64,000 nucleotides of DNA from Phoronis australis. Taxonomy: Eukaryota; Animalia; Phoronida. Position 1 is the stretch's first letter. Every line of letters starts with the position of its first letter. The stretch covers positions 69,824-133,823 of the forward strand of contig NMRA01000181.1 in NCBI GenBank assembly GCA_002633005.1, written 5' to 3'. The notes under the pieces were generated by a model that saw only the letters and a list, made by a program, of their open reading frames with translations, was not told the origin of the DNA and searched no databases. This document shows positions 19,979 to 38,300 of this stretch, one piece after another. The position numbers and the translations under genes are program-made.

Positions 19979-21007
19979 CTGCAAGGCAAAACGTTTTCCT
20001 GGTTCTAAGTGGACGAGTAGGTGATCGCTTTCAAACTTATAAAGCGTAATAGAATGAATAGCGTGTTTAGTTTCTAAGAAAAGCCACTCGGTTAAATCAA
20101 CAACAAATCGAAGACGTAGTTTCATATTTTCATAACAGTCCTGAAATGTGTATACGTGCATCGTACGCATAATAGCATGGCATGACTCGAGCTTTTTGAA
20201 TCCGTAATTGTCACTGGCATATAAATACAGACGTTTGTTCACGAAAAATAAATTATCGTGCAAATTTGTTTACTCGGAAAGTTCATAGCTAAGCAGCCGC
20301 GTAACCCTTTCATAGAAACTGTTTAGGTCATACAGGGCCAGAGAAAAATGTCCCAGGTTTGGCTAAATTTGAAACATGTCTCAGAGACGGCTAATAGGAT
20401 TCATATGAAACTTTAAGATGCTATACTTTTTGCACTCTTCTCCAAAACGCTGTTAGGAACTGTTTAATTAAAGCGTTCCACTTCTGTGTGAGGAGCTATC
20501 AAAATAGGACTTCAATGATAATTATAAAAAAAGTTAAATAAATGGAAAACAAAATGATAATTTACTAATATTAAACCCTAACAACGCTTTTGAGATACAT
20601 CTTGAGAGTGTGCATCAACTTGGCAATGTTATTGTTACTCTTCTTTTGCTATCAATGTACCTGTCTTTTTTGTTAAATTTTACTAAAAAGACATGTCAAA
20701 GTCGGTGATATAATTAAGGCAGATTGGTATAAAGCCAAAAATCAAAATTTGCAGGCTTTCTGCTTTTCAGAAAACATACTTTTACCGAGTAAAGTTTTGT
20801 AGATAGTTGATGAATACACAGTTGTTCATAAGGCCGTAAATAACCTCGAAATTGTATTAGAGAAGATTACTTGCAACGTGTAACTGCTCAAAACAAAAAC
20901 AATGTAAATGTTTGTTGCTGGATTAGTAAAATACTGTGCAAAACAGTTATGGTTTTCTTAACATCTCAGTGGAAAACCTACATGGCTTACAGTGTGCGCG
21001 TACTCAC

Positions 21008-21102
21008 CTTATTTCTTCGTGACCGGGCGATTTTAAAGTGGCTCTTGCAAGATGGGTAGTCGCTTTATACATCCTTATCCCGTGACCTCGTGAACTCGTG
21101 AC
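21008..21102 (-). promoter_or_regulatory. Probable non-coding exon 1 and core promoter of cathepsin L copy 1
   Basis: The ATG at 19978 directly follows an acceptor (ttgcag|ATG), so an upstream exon is expected. Donor AAG|gtgagt at 21008/21007, TATAAA at 21064-21069, and three CACG(AG) E-box/CLEAR-like half-sites at 21081-21102. Confidence 0.6.
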
Positions 21103-21313
21103 TTACCGTCTTTATTTACACAGTGACACGAAGCACGAGGTGTACATATCACAGCAAATGGAGGCTGATAACGGCAAAGGTGACTCCGGCGGGGGGGGGT
21201 CTCACAGGATGGGATGGTAGCGGTGACTGTGACTGGATTAGAATGTGCAGTGACACCCCGTGCGCTTGACAGTGGTCCCCCGGCATCGACCAAGAACGTC
21301 TTTATAACTCATG

Positions 21314-21572
21314 ATATAAATAGGTAAATAAAACAACAAGAATGGATCAACTGAAATTTTCGGATTTAATAACGTCCTTTGTCAACAGAAACAGAAATAA
21401 AGTAAAATCAAACAGTATATGACATTTGACGTTTAAGATATGGTGTAATGAATATGTCAAATGTCATATAGTGTTTGATTTTACTTTATTTCTGTTTCTG
21501 TTGACAAAGGACGTTATTAAATCCGAAAATTTCAGTTGATCCATTCTTGTTGTTTTATTTACCTATTTATAT
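21314..21572. repeat. Near-perfect 259-bp palindrome (117-bp arms, 1 mismatch, 25-nt loop)
   Basis: 21314-21430 is the reverse complement of 21456-21572 except at one position (cagtat versus atagtg). Confidence 0.92.
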
Positions 21573-22327
21573 TCTACATTTCGTGAAACAATAGTATCCT
21601 TGGGAGGATCTGGATCGCCTTATTTAGTTTCAGATTTATTTTCTACGTTATAATTCATGGAAATGGTTTCAAGCGCATTCTGACATCATCCCAAATTCCG
21701 ATATTTTTAGTGCTTTATGGTAAGTCTAAAAGGGCCATTGAGGTTCACAATTTATTGTAGATTGTCATCTTGGCAATATATATTGTCAACCTTAGTGATG
21801 TCCCGGCCTGGTCGTTTTTGTTCATAAAGCCGCTCACTCAATAAAAGCAACTTTCACGCTTGTACAAGCGATTGCCCTAAACGTTTTCATCGCAGTTTTT
21901 GTATAAGCTCTCACCCGTTTCCTAAAAAGTATGGGCGCACTATTTGGCATGTACCTGTGGTTTTCTGACATTTGCGTAAGTTCACGGTACCAGTGTTTTT
22001 ATTACGATTTTTTTATCTATTTTTGATTAGCCACCATGCAGCTGTGTTAAGCTTGGCTGTTCAATCAAGTCTGATTAATGTCCAAAATAATAAAAATACG
22101 ATGGAATAAACGTGTATAAACGCACATCTATACATATCAAGATATAGTGAGAATACTTTGTAAAGACAAACAGTGTAATGTTATGGCATCAGCTGATGTG
22201 TACAGATAAATTCGCACGTGTGAAAATGAAAGCGGTTATGAATAGCCGTTCTCTTTTTACGAACTCTGTTCATTTCTCATGAACCACAGTTCTTTTCGAT
22301 TCTGATAGGAGGCACGAGTTGCAAAGA

Positions 22328-22990
22328 CAAAGCGGAAAATGCTTCACGATACAAATTTTCTGTACGAAATTTAAATTCTCTGCAGGACCAAAAATATACT
22401 CAAAACCAAAATTTATCTCGCCAGGACCTACAATTTATCACGTCAAGACCACAATTTAACACGTTAGGACAGAAAATTTATCACGCCAGGAAAGAAAATT
22501 TATTACGTCGGGAAAATTTGATGTCAGGAGGCTACTTGATCAACAACAGGCACGTGGCCTCTCTAAGAGATGATAGGTATCCAACGTTTCGCCGGCGACA
22601 GTCACCTTATCGTGACAATGATGTTGAATTTAAGTCGTCTCTTCCACGTTTTACTATAGAAGCCAATGTACACTTGGGCACACTAGACTTGAATGCGGCT
22701 GAGAATTACAGACAAAAAGGATCGTCATTGACACGTGGTCTCCTGTCATGAAATTTTCTCTTGGCATGAAATTTCCCTTGGCATGAAATGTTCTCTTGGC
22801 ATAAAATTTTCTCATGGCAAGAAGTTCTATGTCCTGGCGTGATAAATTTTGTGTCCTGGCATGATAAATTTCGGTCCTGGTGTGTTAAATGTTGGCCCTT
22901 TTCGTGATAAATTATAGGTTCTGGCGCTATAAATTTAGAGAATTTAACTCTTGAATAACAAATCTGTGTCCTGAAATTTTTCCTGCTTTG
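22328..22990. mobile_element. Foldback/MITE-like element with inverted arrays of ~21-bp subrepeats
   Basis: The left array of aaatttatcacgccaggac-like units (about 22408-22530) mirrors the right array of gtcctggcgtgataaattt-like units (about 22740-22935). The outer ends caaagcggaaaat...acgatacaaattt and aaatctgtgtcctgaaatttttcctgctttg are also inverted matches. Confidence 0.75.
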
Positions 22991-24608
22991 GTTTTCCATA
23001 GTTGCACATGCTTGACATAGTGTAGGGCATCTTTGGGGTACAAAATATCAAATCTACCTGTACTCTTTAACTGGGAAAAAGGGTTCACGTGAAGAATACT
23101 GAATTCTTAAGGCTAACGATGAGGAATTATCGCTGACAGTGAGAACGCCATTGTGATTTGTAATGAAAGTAGATTGTCAGACCTGAAATATAGGCCGGTA
23201 TTAGATCTTCACACGACAGTGGATGACATGGATTCATTAGCGGATTTAAGATGCCGTAAGCGATAGACTTAATTACACTTTTCGAAAGGTAAATGTTGGG
23301 GGGAAGGGGGCAAGGTCCCTTCTCAGGACCCTTCTAACCGATGCGGCAGGTCGCCTCAATAATTTGCAGGCGTCAAGGTTAAACCGTGGCAACCAGTACA
23401 GGCGTGGGAACGAGGGCAGTCGAGAAAAGAAAGGCATCGAAACGGAGTAGAGAGAAAATTCAAGAGCACATTTGTCAACTATCAGTGCTTGATTTGCACT
23501 TTGAGGGCCCTTGTCAAGACATTGCTGCAGTGGCGGATCTAGGATACCATAAGAGGGAGGGCCCAACATGTTGCCTCGGGGAATTGGGCAAAGCGCGATT
23601 GCATTGGCACAGGTGACCTGAACATTGAGGGAGCTGGGGATGTGGACCTGTTCAGAAAATCTATTGGTGGACTAAAAAAAAAACGGGGACACGATTCCGC
23701 CACGGTCTGGGGTCTGGTGTATCATTTTACAGCATAAGTCGTCTAAACAAAGTGCACTTGGTCATTCATTCATGTATTTCGACAAAATCGAGAAAATTTG
23801 TTCTGCATTGCTTTTGAAATGCATAGTAATTCACTGAATTTTTAGATTCACGAGGACAATTTTAGGGAATGCTCTGATATATTTCTCAAGAGACCCCTCT
23901 CTGCAAGGGATACTGGAGTCAGTTGTCGTGTCCTGTCTCCGATGTCCTAGAAATTGATAAAAATTGAGAGCCTGGCAAATAGTATCGATTGCTGCAGATT
24001 TCCAGTATTTCTCAAAATTAGATAAAAACCCTTCATATTTTAGAGCCCATCTCTTGCTTGGGGGACGTTGATGCCTTCTATGCGGCCACCCTTTCTGTGC
24101 TTATTTTTGGATACCCCCTTAAAGAGACCCCGATCACAAAGAGAAGGCCAATGACGGTTTTAAATCAATTTACATCTTTTAAATTTGGTTACGACCTAAC
24201 TCCTTTGTTAGTGATTTCCAATAAGATCGTATCTACCCTGACTGGGCTGAGCTGTTAAAAATAACAGTTAATTAAATTTATAACATATTTGAACATCAGT
24301 AAACCAATAGCATTTCTGAAAACTTCGTCAAATAGTGATCATGTTTGGTTTTTGAATCGCCAAAATCGCCCAACTACAACCGAAACTACGACAATCTATT
24401 CTTTCTGAAAACACCAATTCACTGTTAGTTTGACTGTGCTCACACGTGGTCTGTAATAAGCCTGGAAGATAATTGGCCTGCTTGTTGTCTTAAACAGACA
24501 AAAGAGTGTGCTTGGCAGCTAACAAAGAAGCTAGATATTATCACACGCTCAGAACCGCCTACGTCTGGTGAAGTCACTGAACGGGAAAATGCTGTCATGC
24601 ACAATCGA

Positions 24609-25324
24609 AACTGTAACTTGCGGAACGGTCACTGGACGTCTAACAAACCAAGTTTTCACTAACGGCGATGCGATTAATTTTCTACGGCAGCGTGTCATTT
24701 TTTCTTGATGTTCCAGTCGTACAGTAATCCTCGAGTTTACTGTTCACTTAAGTGAACCCGGACAAAGCTGGCCGATAAGAACATGCTTCCTAACGCTTTG
24801 CGTTACAATTTACTTCCTTATTGAGAGATAGATAATTGAAGAGAGTCCTGTGTCACCTCCGTTTATCGATTGACTAATACGGTCTAACATTAATACGAGA
24901 ATGTATGTCCACATTCGTGAAAAAGTCACCGTATCNTACAAAATCAGATAAGAGATAATGATCCCCTATAGCAGTTCTGAACAGGCTGACCGATATGAAC
25001 TGTAACTTGCGGAACGGTCACTGGACGTCTAACAAACCAAGTTTTCACTAACGGCGATGCGATTAATTTTCTACGGCAGCGTGTCATTTTTTCTTGATGT
25101 TCCAGTCGTACAGTAATCCTCGAGTTTACTGTTCACTTAAGTGAACCCGGACAAAGCTGGCCGATAAGAACATGCTTCCTAACGCTTTGCGTTACAATTT
25201 ACTTCCTTATTGAGAGATAGATAATTGAAGAGAGTCCTGTGTCACCTCCGTTTATCGATTGACTAATACGGTCTAACATTAATACGAGAATGTATGTCCA
25301 CATTCGTGAAAAAGTCACCGTATC
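24609..25324. repeat. Identical 327-bp direct duplication (24609-24935 = 24998-25324), probably an assembly overlap
   Basis: The two copies look identical on inspection and the first ends exactly at the N at 24936. Confidence 0.85.
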
Positions 25325-25683
25325 AAGTTGGACAACTGATTTGAAAAGTGTTATGCCAATCAGTAGGCCAGTTGTAAAAACGTGCATTTCGTGATACGAA
25401 ATATAGTCTCGTAAATAGCGTCGGCAGGAAGATTATACTAGGTCTTCATATTTCCTCTGCTTCAATCAACATCACTTTCTGGCTTTAGCCTCAATAACAC
25501 CAAGCGCTAATTAACTACGACCTTCACAATAATGACTGTGCGAGTGAAACTTTTTGTATAGTTTACGACCTCTCCGGTAAATTGCGCACCGCAGCAGAAC
25601 TATACAAAATAAAATATGACTATGCTGAATCATTGTTCTGTAACTGTTGGTAAAGCAGAATAGAAATTGTATAAAAAAGAATC

Positions 25684-27170
25684 ATGTTGAATGAAATTAG
25701 ATATCCGTTGTAGTATTTGTTACTTTCCGGTGCATTGTGAGCCTATGACGTGTAATTATGGTAAAGTCTCTGAAAAGTGTGGTTACTGAGTGTTGAGAAT
25801 CAAAGTAGTCTAACATGTTGAATGAAAAGGTCAATTTTTCAGAAATTGCACTCAATGACCCCATGGTTGCACCATATGACTTGAAACTTAAGAATTGAAA
25901 GTCAATTGCATGTGTCAATCACATACGTAAATCTGAAGTGTCAAATTTAAGTTTGCATTCAATGACCTTTGACCTATTTTGCCTGATTAGATGACCTGAT
26001 TGCTTAGAAAAGTCGTGTATTTGATTGGCATATACACTTACACCTGGACATTGAAAATGTATGAGAAACAACATTTTGGAAATAAGACGATTTTTACACT
26101 AATTGACCCTTTCTAGTACCCATTAAACAGTTGTAGTGAAAATATTGCGAAGTCCGTGTAATAGTTGTAACACGCTTCTACCTTAGAGCGGTTTTAGAAA
26201 GTCACTCCTTGAAAAGTGTGGTTAATGCTGACAATTACAGTTTTATAACCGTTGACATTTACAATATTAGAATACATGTTAAATGAAAAAGTTAACATTT
26301 CAGAAGAAAAATGCACTTATTGACCACATAGTTGCACCAAATGACTTGAAACTTTGGAACTGGAACTCAATTTATCAATCATATACGTAAATCTGAAGTG
26401 TCAACTTCAAAATTTAAGTTTGCACTCAATTACGTTTGACCTATTTTATTTGATTGGATGGCTTGATTGCTTAGAAGTCGCGTATTTGGTTGGTTTGTAC
26501 TTTTACACCTGTATGTTGAAATTAAAGAGAATTCCTTGAAAATTTAGGAGAAATAATATTTTGAAATTTGCTTGTGACCCTTTTCGGTGCATTATAAGCC
26601 CTTTTAGTAGTCTCTATTGCACAGTCCGTGAAAAGCATGTTTAATGATGAGAATCGCACTTATCTAACTGTTGACACATCAGAATACGTGTTGAATGAAA
26701 AGGTTAAAATTTCAGAAGAAAAATGTACTTAATGACCCCTTGGTTGCACCAAATGACCCAAAACTTTAGAATTAGAGTTCAACTAAATTTATCAATCAGG
26801 TATGTGAATTTTGAAACCTCTCAGTCAACATCTTAGTTTGTACGCAATGATCTTTCGCCTATTTTATCTATTTGATCGGATTACTTAGAAAAGTGATGCA
26901 TTTGATTGACATGTAAATTTACACCTGTACACTGAAATTGAAAAGAATTCAATGGAAATTGTAGCAGTAACGTTTTGAAAATTAGATGACTTTTTGCACC
27001 TATTGACTACTTTCGGACCATTATGAGTCCAAAATATAAGTTTCAAAGTTGAAAGTTGAGTCGTTTGAGAGTTTGTAAGCTCTAGGAAACAGCAGAAAAG
27101 AAAACAACAAGAAAAAGACAAAAACCTGAGAATAACAAGGCTCTGCGCTGGTACGCGCAGAGTAAATAAT
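25684..27170 (+). mobile_element. Helentron/HINE-like non-autonomous element with about three 410-460-bp internal repeats and a 3' hairpin
   Basis: The block atgttgaatgaaaaggt...aatgacccc..ggttgcaccaaatgac...tttacacctg recurs at about 25815, 26276 and 26688. Terminal stem-loop ctctgcgc-tggtac-gcgcagag (27141-27162) is followed by taaataat. The left boundary is approximate. Confidence 0.6.
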
Positions 27171-27437
27171 TGTGTATTTCGTTTTTCTTGTATATTATGC
27201 AATTAACTTATTCGGTTTTAATAGCCATTTCCACTGAGCAAATCTTCACTCTTGTCGTTCGACTGCTCATGGTTAGAGATTTATGGTATTTCTGCAATGG
27301 ATTGTGGGAAATCGGACTACCCAGCCGAATGAAACCAGAAAACGTACGCCTACATCTCCAGCCAACAGGTGGCGATAAAGATGTATAATTTCACAAATCT
27401 CTAACCATAAAAAGTCAACTGCCACTAGTCTGTGTGT

Positions 27438-33377
<5,940 letters not shown>

Positions 33378-33856
33378 CTGAAAATGATGATTTAAATTAC
33401 AAAATCACCAGATTAATTTACACGAATGAGGCTTTGCGTCTAATTTGAGGTTCTTGTTCAGCACTTAAGAATTTACGAGTTGAGATGTGTTAGTGCTTGC
33501 TTTAGCAACCATTTTCAGCGTTGTTTACAGATGGCCATCAATTTCAAAATTAGGCAGTTTGTTTCATTTTCTTAGACGATTTATCACACACGTATGCAAC
33601 ATCTTACGTAAAAGTCTCGCTAAGATGCAAACATTAGCCAAAAGTGAAAAAAAGAATTGAATAAGTAAGTCACCTAATTAAAAGTCATTATTATTGCGTA
33701 TTAAAATAATTATGGTAATGATTATGATAATGAAAATACTAAATGATAGCCAGTAGAAAATTGACGTTTTGGGATAACCGAACGAATCAACATGCTATTT
33801 ATGTGTTGATAAAACTAACTGTGAATTAGTATTATGTAAAACACTCATTTGTTTAC

Positions 33857-34196
33857 CTTGAACCCAGTTGTTCTCTCAGCGGCCGCAAAGCACGTTCTAC
33901 CGTCTCGTATCACAGGGCTTTCAATATTATACGATGACTTGCAAATATCTTTATCACACCATAACCTTGTCTTGCGACATGTGATGTTGGTCCAGAGTTC
34001 GTTAGAACCTTCAGATAATCGCACCTGTAGTTCAAAAAGTCCCCAAACCCATGCTATCTCGATTCAATCAGTGAACTCCGCTTTGTTGGTGTATGCGCAC
34101 TATAGGTCTACTCCAAATTCAGACATAGTTACTCGTATTTCTGTCCGATAGCCGCAAGTCCAATGAGATAAATATAGCTAGAGTTGGCATCACGTG
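33857..34196 (-). promoter_or_regulatory. Probable non-coding exon 1 and promoter of cathepsin L copy 2
   Basis: ttttcag|ATG at 33377 implies an upstream exon. Donor AAG|gtaaac at 33857/33856, TATAAT at 33926-33931, and E-boxes CATGTG (33978-33983) and TCACGTG (34190-34196). Confidence 0.5.
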
Positions 34197-35109
34197 GTTT
34201 TCATTGCGCGGAGTGGTCCACCATCTTGCTGATGACCAGTGTTAGTTAGAGATGCGTGCGTACTGTGTAATATCTGAGAACCATTATTGGTAACAACACC
34301 GGGTTTCAACTCGTAAAAACTCACTGGCTTTAATGTTAGGATCACCAAGTGCAAACTGGGATTTTTGGAAAATCATCCAAGAACATCACTGCATACTTGA
34401 GCACAGAATTAAAGGGTCTTTACACTTCTTTGATCTTTAGCAGGTGACATCAAAAATTTAAATTTGATTTCCATGCAGTATAACCCGGCCAGAATCTGAA
34501 TGATATAGTTTTTGGTCTTTCGAGGTTTGAAATTGACACTGAAATAAAATGATTTTGTGGGTGAGAACTCGGTCGCAGAAACAATATCGTTCAACTTTTG
34601 GTCTTTTCTTGACTTACCTTCTTGAGTCCGATAGTATTTAATGGAGTGGCCTTATTCTCTCCAAGATATCTGTTGTTTTCTAGCAACGAAGAAACATAAA
34701 AAGTGACTGCAAGATTAATAGTTGTACATTTTTACAGAGTGGAAGATTTATTAATATGGCCTGGTTATTAGGAATACGGCAGGATCGAAGAACGGGATAC
34801 CCAAGAATGCTAGACCCCACACTGTTGTATTGGGACGGTTGATCGGATGGGAGTGTTTCTGCATGTAGATTTCAAGAGATGGGACAAATGTTATGTAGCC
34901 TGGCAAGTTATTAAAATCTGAAATTGCCTTACTTGAGGAAAACCATCATTTTTGTATTCTTTTTTGTTTATGGCCTTCTGATAGTTACAGTGTATTAATG
35001 CCTGAGTATGTAGGACAGGGCAGATAGAACAGTCAGTGACGGAGTATCTTTGAGGCCACAGCGCACCTGTTGGAGATTTCGATTCAAATGCGGAAACGGA
35101 TAAAGGTAT

Positions 35110-35124
35110 TACCCACAATGCACC
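35110..35124 (+). promoter_or_regulatory. ZNF143/Staf-type binding motif upstream of the membrane-protein gene
   Basis: TACCCACAATGCACC, about 200 bp before the ATG at 35326, within the divergent interval shared with cathepsin L copy 2. Confidence 0.4.
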
Positions 35125-35325
35125 CTAAAATAAACAGTCGCTGAGCACTGATGAGTGATGGGTGAACAGAATGAAACACGTATCGATCTCACTTCGCCGA
35201 TATCTCTTCAACATTAAAACACAATGACCCGAATATAGGCTGCATGTAATGATACTCATGTAGTTGAAGGATGAATATTTTAGTGCGACCGTCTTTGTGA
35301 GCGTGTTAGTCTAAACCATTTAAAA

Positions 35326-38300
35326 ATGGATGAGCTCTCTCAGCATCCTCAGACGAGCGAGTCAACATCGGGTACCGACATACAGCGTCAAGAGTTACAA
35401 GAAGGCGATGGGGATGCTGCAGTTTCCGAGAACATGACGAATGCAGCTTCACACCCTTGCCAGAGTGTCAACCATTCACCTGGACTCAGTCGGCTCAATC
35501 ACATTTCAGACAGCGAAAATGAAAATTGTAATCCCCATCCTGCCGTTCCAGAACCAAGATCAGTGAAAGCATTGTACTGCACGGACAAGCTATGGGTGTT
35601 TGTTACGCCCGGAGTGACTTTGATTGTTATAGGATTTTTACTGTGTTTCATTTATTTTAGCATCAGAGGGCTCACAACCTCTTTGGAATACACAGAAACT
35701 ATTCCAACTTATGCAAATGCAATTTTAGTAAGTCCATTGGTTCTTTATTTGGTGTTGTTATAGATGTTTATTTTTGTGTACACATTAAGAGTCAAGGTGA
35801 TTATGCTTCAATTATTGTGTTATGAATAGCATATTTCCATCACTTGATTCTGTTATATGGCAGTCACACTAGAGGAGCAGTTGCCCACTGCTGAATAATG
35901 ACAGCCTCTGCACACTATAGCTGCATTCAGAGCACTATTTTTTTGACTTAAGACAAGTGTAGAAGTTTTGATTTATGAAGAAAAACTTAGTAATAACTAT
36001 AATTTAGAAAGCCACTTTGTATTGGCCACTTGATAATGAAGTAGGCTAAACGTTTTCTTTATTATCAGTGGCTGCACTCAGAGGTGGCAGCAATGTGATG
36101 CATACTAGTTGCTGTCAAAGTTTGTTCTGTCTTTATTTTGTAGGTGTTATGTGCTGGCATTTTAACAATTTCAATATGCAAGAGAAGAAACAAAGTACTG
36201 GTATGTGTTTGGTGTGAAGGACATGCTTTAAACTCCTATGAAATATTCAGCCCCATGCAGTGCCATATATGTGAAAAAACAGCAATTAGCATTGTGATTT
36301 AATTATGGTTACAGAATGAAGAGAATGAATTGCAGCACCCCTGCACTGCTGGTGGTAGATACATTCCAATATAGATTTTTGTGATTTCTGCTTGACCTAA
36401 TTAATCCTTCATGACTTTTTAAGTGCTAAGTTAAATTACAAACTGTTCACCACTGATCATGGTTTGAGATTCCTGAAATACCATTTGGTATTTACTGGAT
36501 CTTGAGTCTGTTTTACATTGATATGCCAGATCTTTCAGTGCTTGACACTTACTAGTAACTTAACACCAACTTGCCAAATGCGACTTCTAAGCGAAAATCC
36601 CAGAACTGTTTAATGAAAATTGAGATGGATCCAAACTGAGGTCGGAAGTCGTCATCCCGTTGTCAGCATTGTTAATAAATTACGCATATCTCTTCTGAAT
36701 ATGCACACTGGAGGCGCGTGTTTCATGTTCCGATGTTGCTTGATTTTTGTCATACAATTTTGACATCCGTCTTTTTGCTTCCTGTTGTAATCATTGTAAG
36801 CATGTGATTGACGTGTGCTGACTGCTGAGGCTAACAAATGCACTTGATTTCAATAAGCGAAAAAATGGTGAACCAAAGGTATTGAATGTAGGAAAAATGT
36901 TATTAATTAATTTAAAGTTTGAAAGTCATATGTTTTGAAATGAATTTTAGGTGAATTATTGTGTGACTTTGATACACGCTGTAACGACTTCGTGGCGACT
37001 TGGAATTTTTTCCATGTCCACAAACACGATCTGAAGTCACATTGGTGAGCTGCTGGTCACCAAATGAAGCACTATCTTTACACCTGGCTGACCTACTTTC
37101 TCTTTATGACTAATCAACAATGAGTTTGATTGCCTAACCTACCAAGGACAGAGAAAACCTGAATACTGGTAGCAGTTGTAACATGCAGATCGAACAGTGA
37201 TTATTGATTCACCAGTTAACTGGCTTATGGCTATATTTCTATGTCTAGAGGTATTGATTACCATCTTTTAATGATTTATTCGTTATATGGTTGTATGTAG
37301 AAAACATGTTTCCAAATTTCAACAGGCAAAACTGGAGTGCAGTTCAATCAAGATTTTCCATGTTATTGTTGTTCTGCTCATTCTACATGATTTTAAAACT
37401 TTGTTATTAATGACATGATAATCACTCATATGTGGGTGGACAAACAAGTTTGAAGTACAAACTTATTTTGAAGAGACATGAATGTGAAACGACATGTAAG
37501 TTGCTAAAAGTAAATGTTTTCTGACAAAGGTGACAAAAATCATTAACCTATATCCAGCAAGTACGAAGATGTGGTGTTGAGGAATAACAGTGCATGGTGG
37601 TGTTACATGTTCCAATGTGATTGCTGATTTACTTTTCTCATTTATTGGTACAATTGGAGATTGTCACTTCTTCTCCTGATGGCCCTCTTGGAAAGTTATG
37701 TTTTAACTAAAGAGTGTCATGCTCATTTTAAATGTCATAGTGAATATTAGATAGATTTACCGATATATATTAAACTAGTACTGTAAGTAGCAGGAGCTTG
37801 GTACTTGAAAACCTTGGACTCTTATGAATTTAAAAAGGAAAACATATCTTCGGAATTTGTTATGTCACGGTCTATGAATGACCTGGGACCTTTTTTGTGA
37901 AAAGTGATTATTTGTCTTCTGCTCCCTTGTCGCTGTATTACTGTATATAATGTTCAAGCCAGGAAAATATTAGTAGATTATTATTATTATTGCTATGATT
38001 AATACAAATTGTTCAAATATTTAGCAATTATGGGAATATTTTATGAGACTGTACTTCGCTGAAGTGAGTTTAGATTATTTTTCTTTAAAATTGTATTTCA
38101 GCATAAGACTCAGTCTTAAGTCGCTTTTCATGAAACGGACCTCTGATTGTTTCATTTCAGATTGTTACCATGATTACTATGTGCGCCATCTGTTGTCTGC
38201 TATCCACGGCATCTGGTATCTTGACAGGCATAAGGAACATTCAAATGATTCACAGCATTGCATTTTGCCAATATCGAACAGAAAATACTCAGTGCCATTG

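Noticed and set aside
35141-35195. CTGATGA...GAAAC as a second hammerhead ribozyme
   Set aside because: Neither stem II nor stem I can pair.
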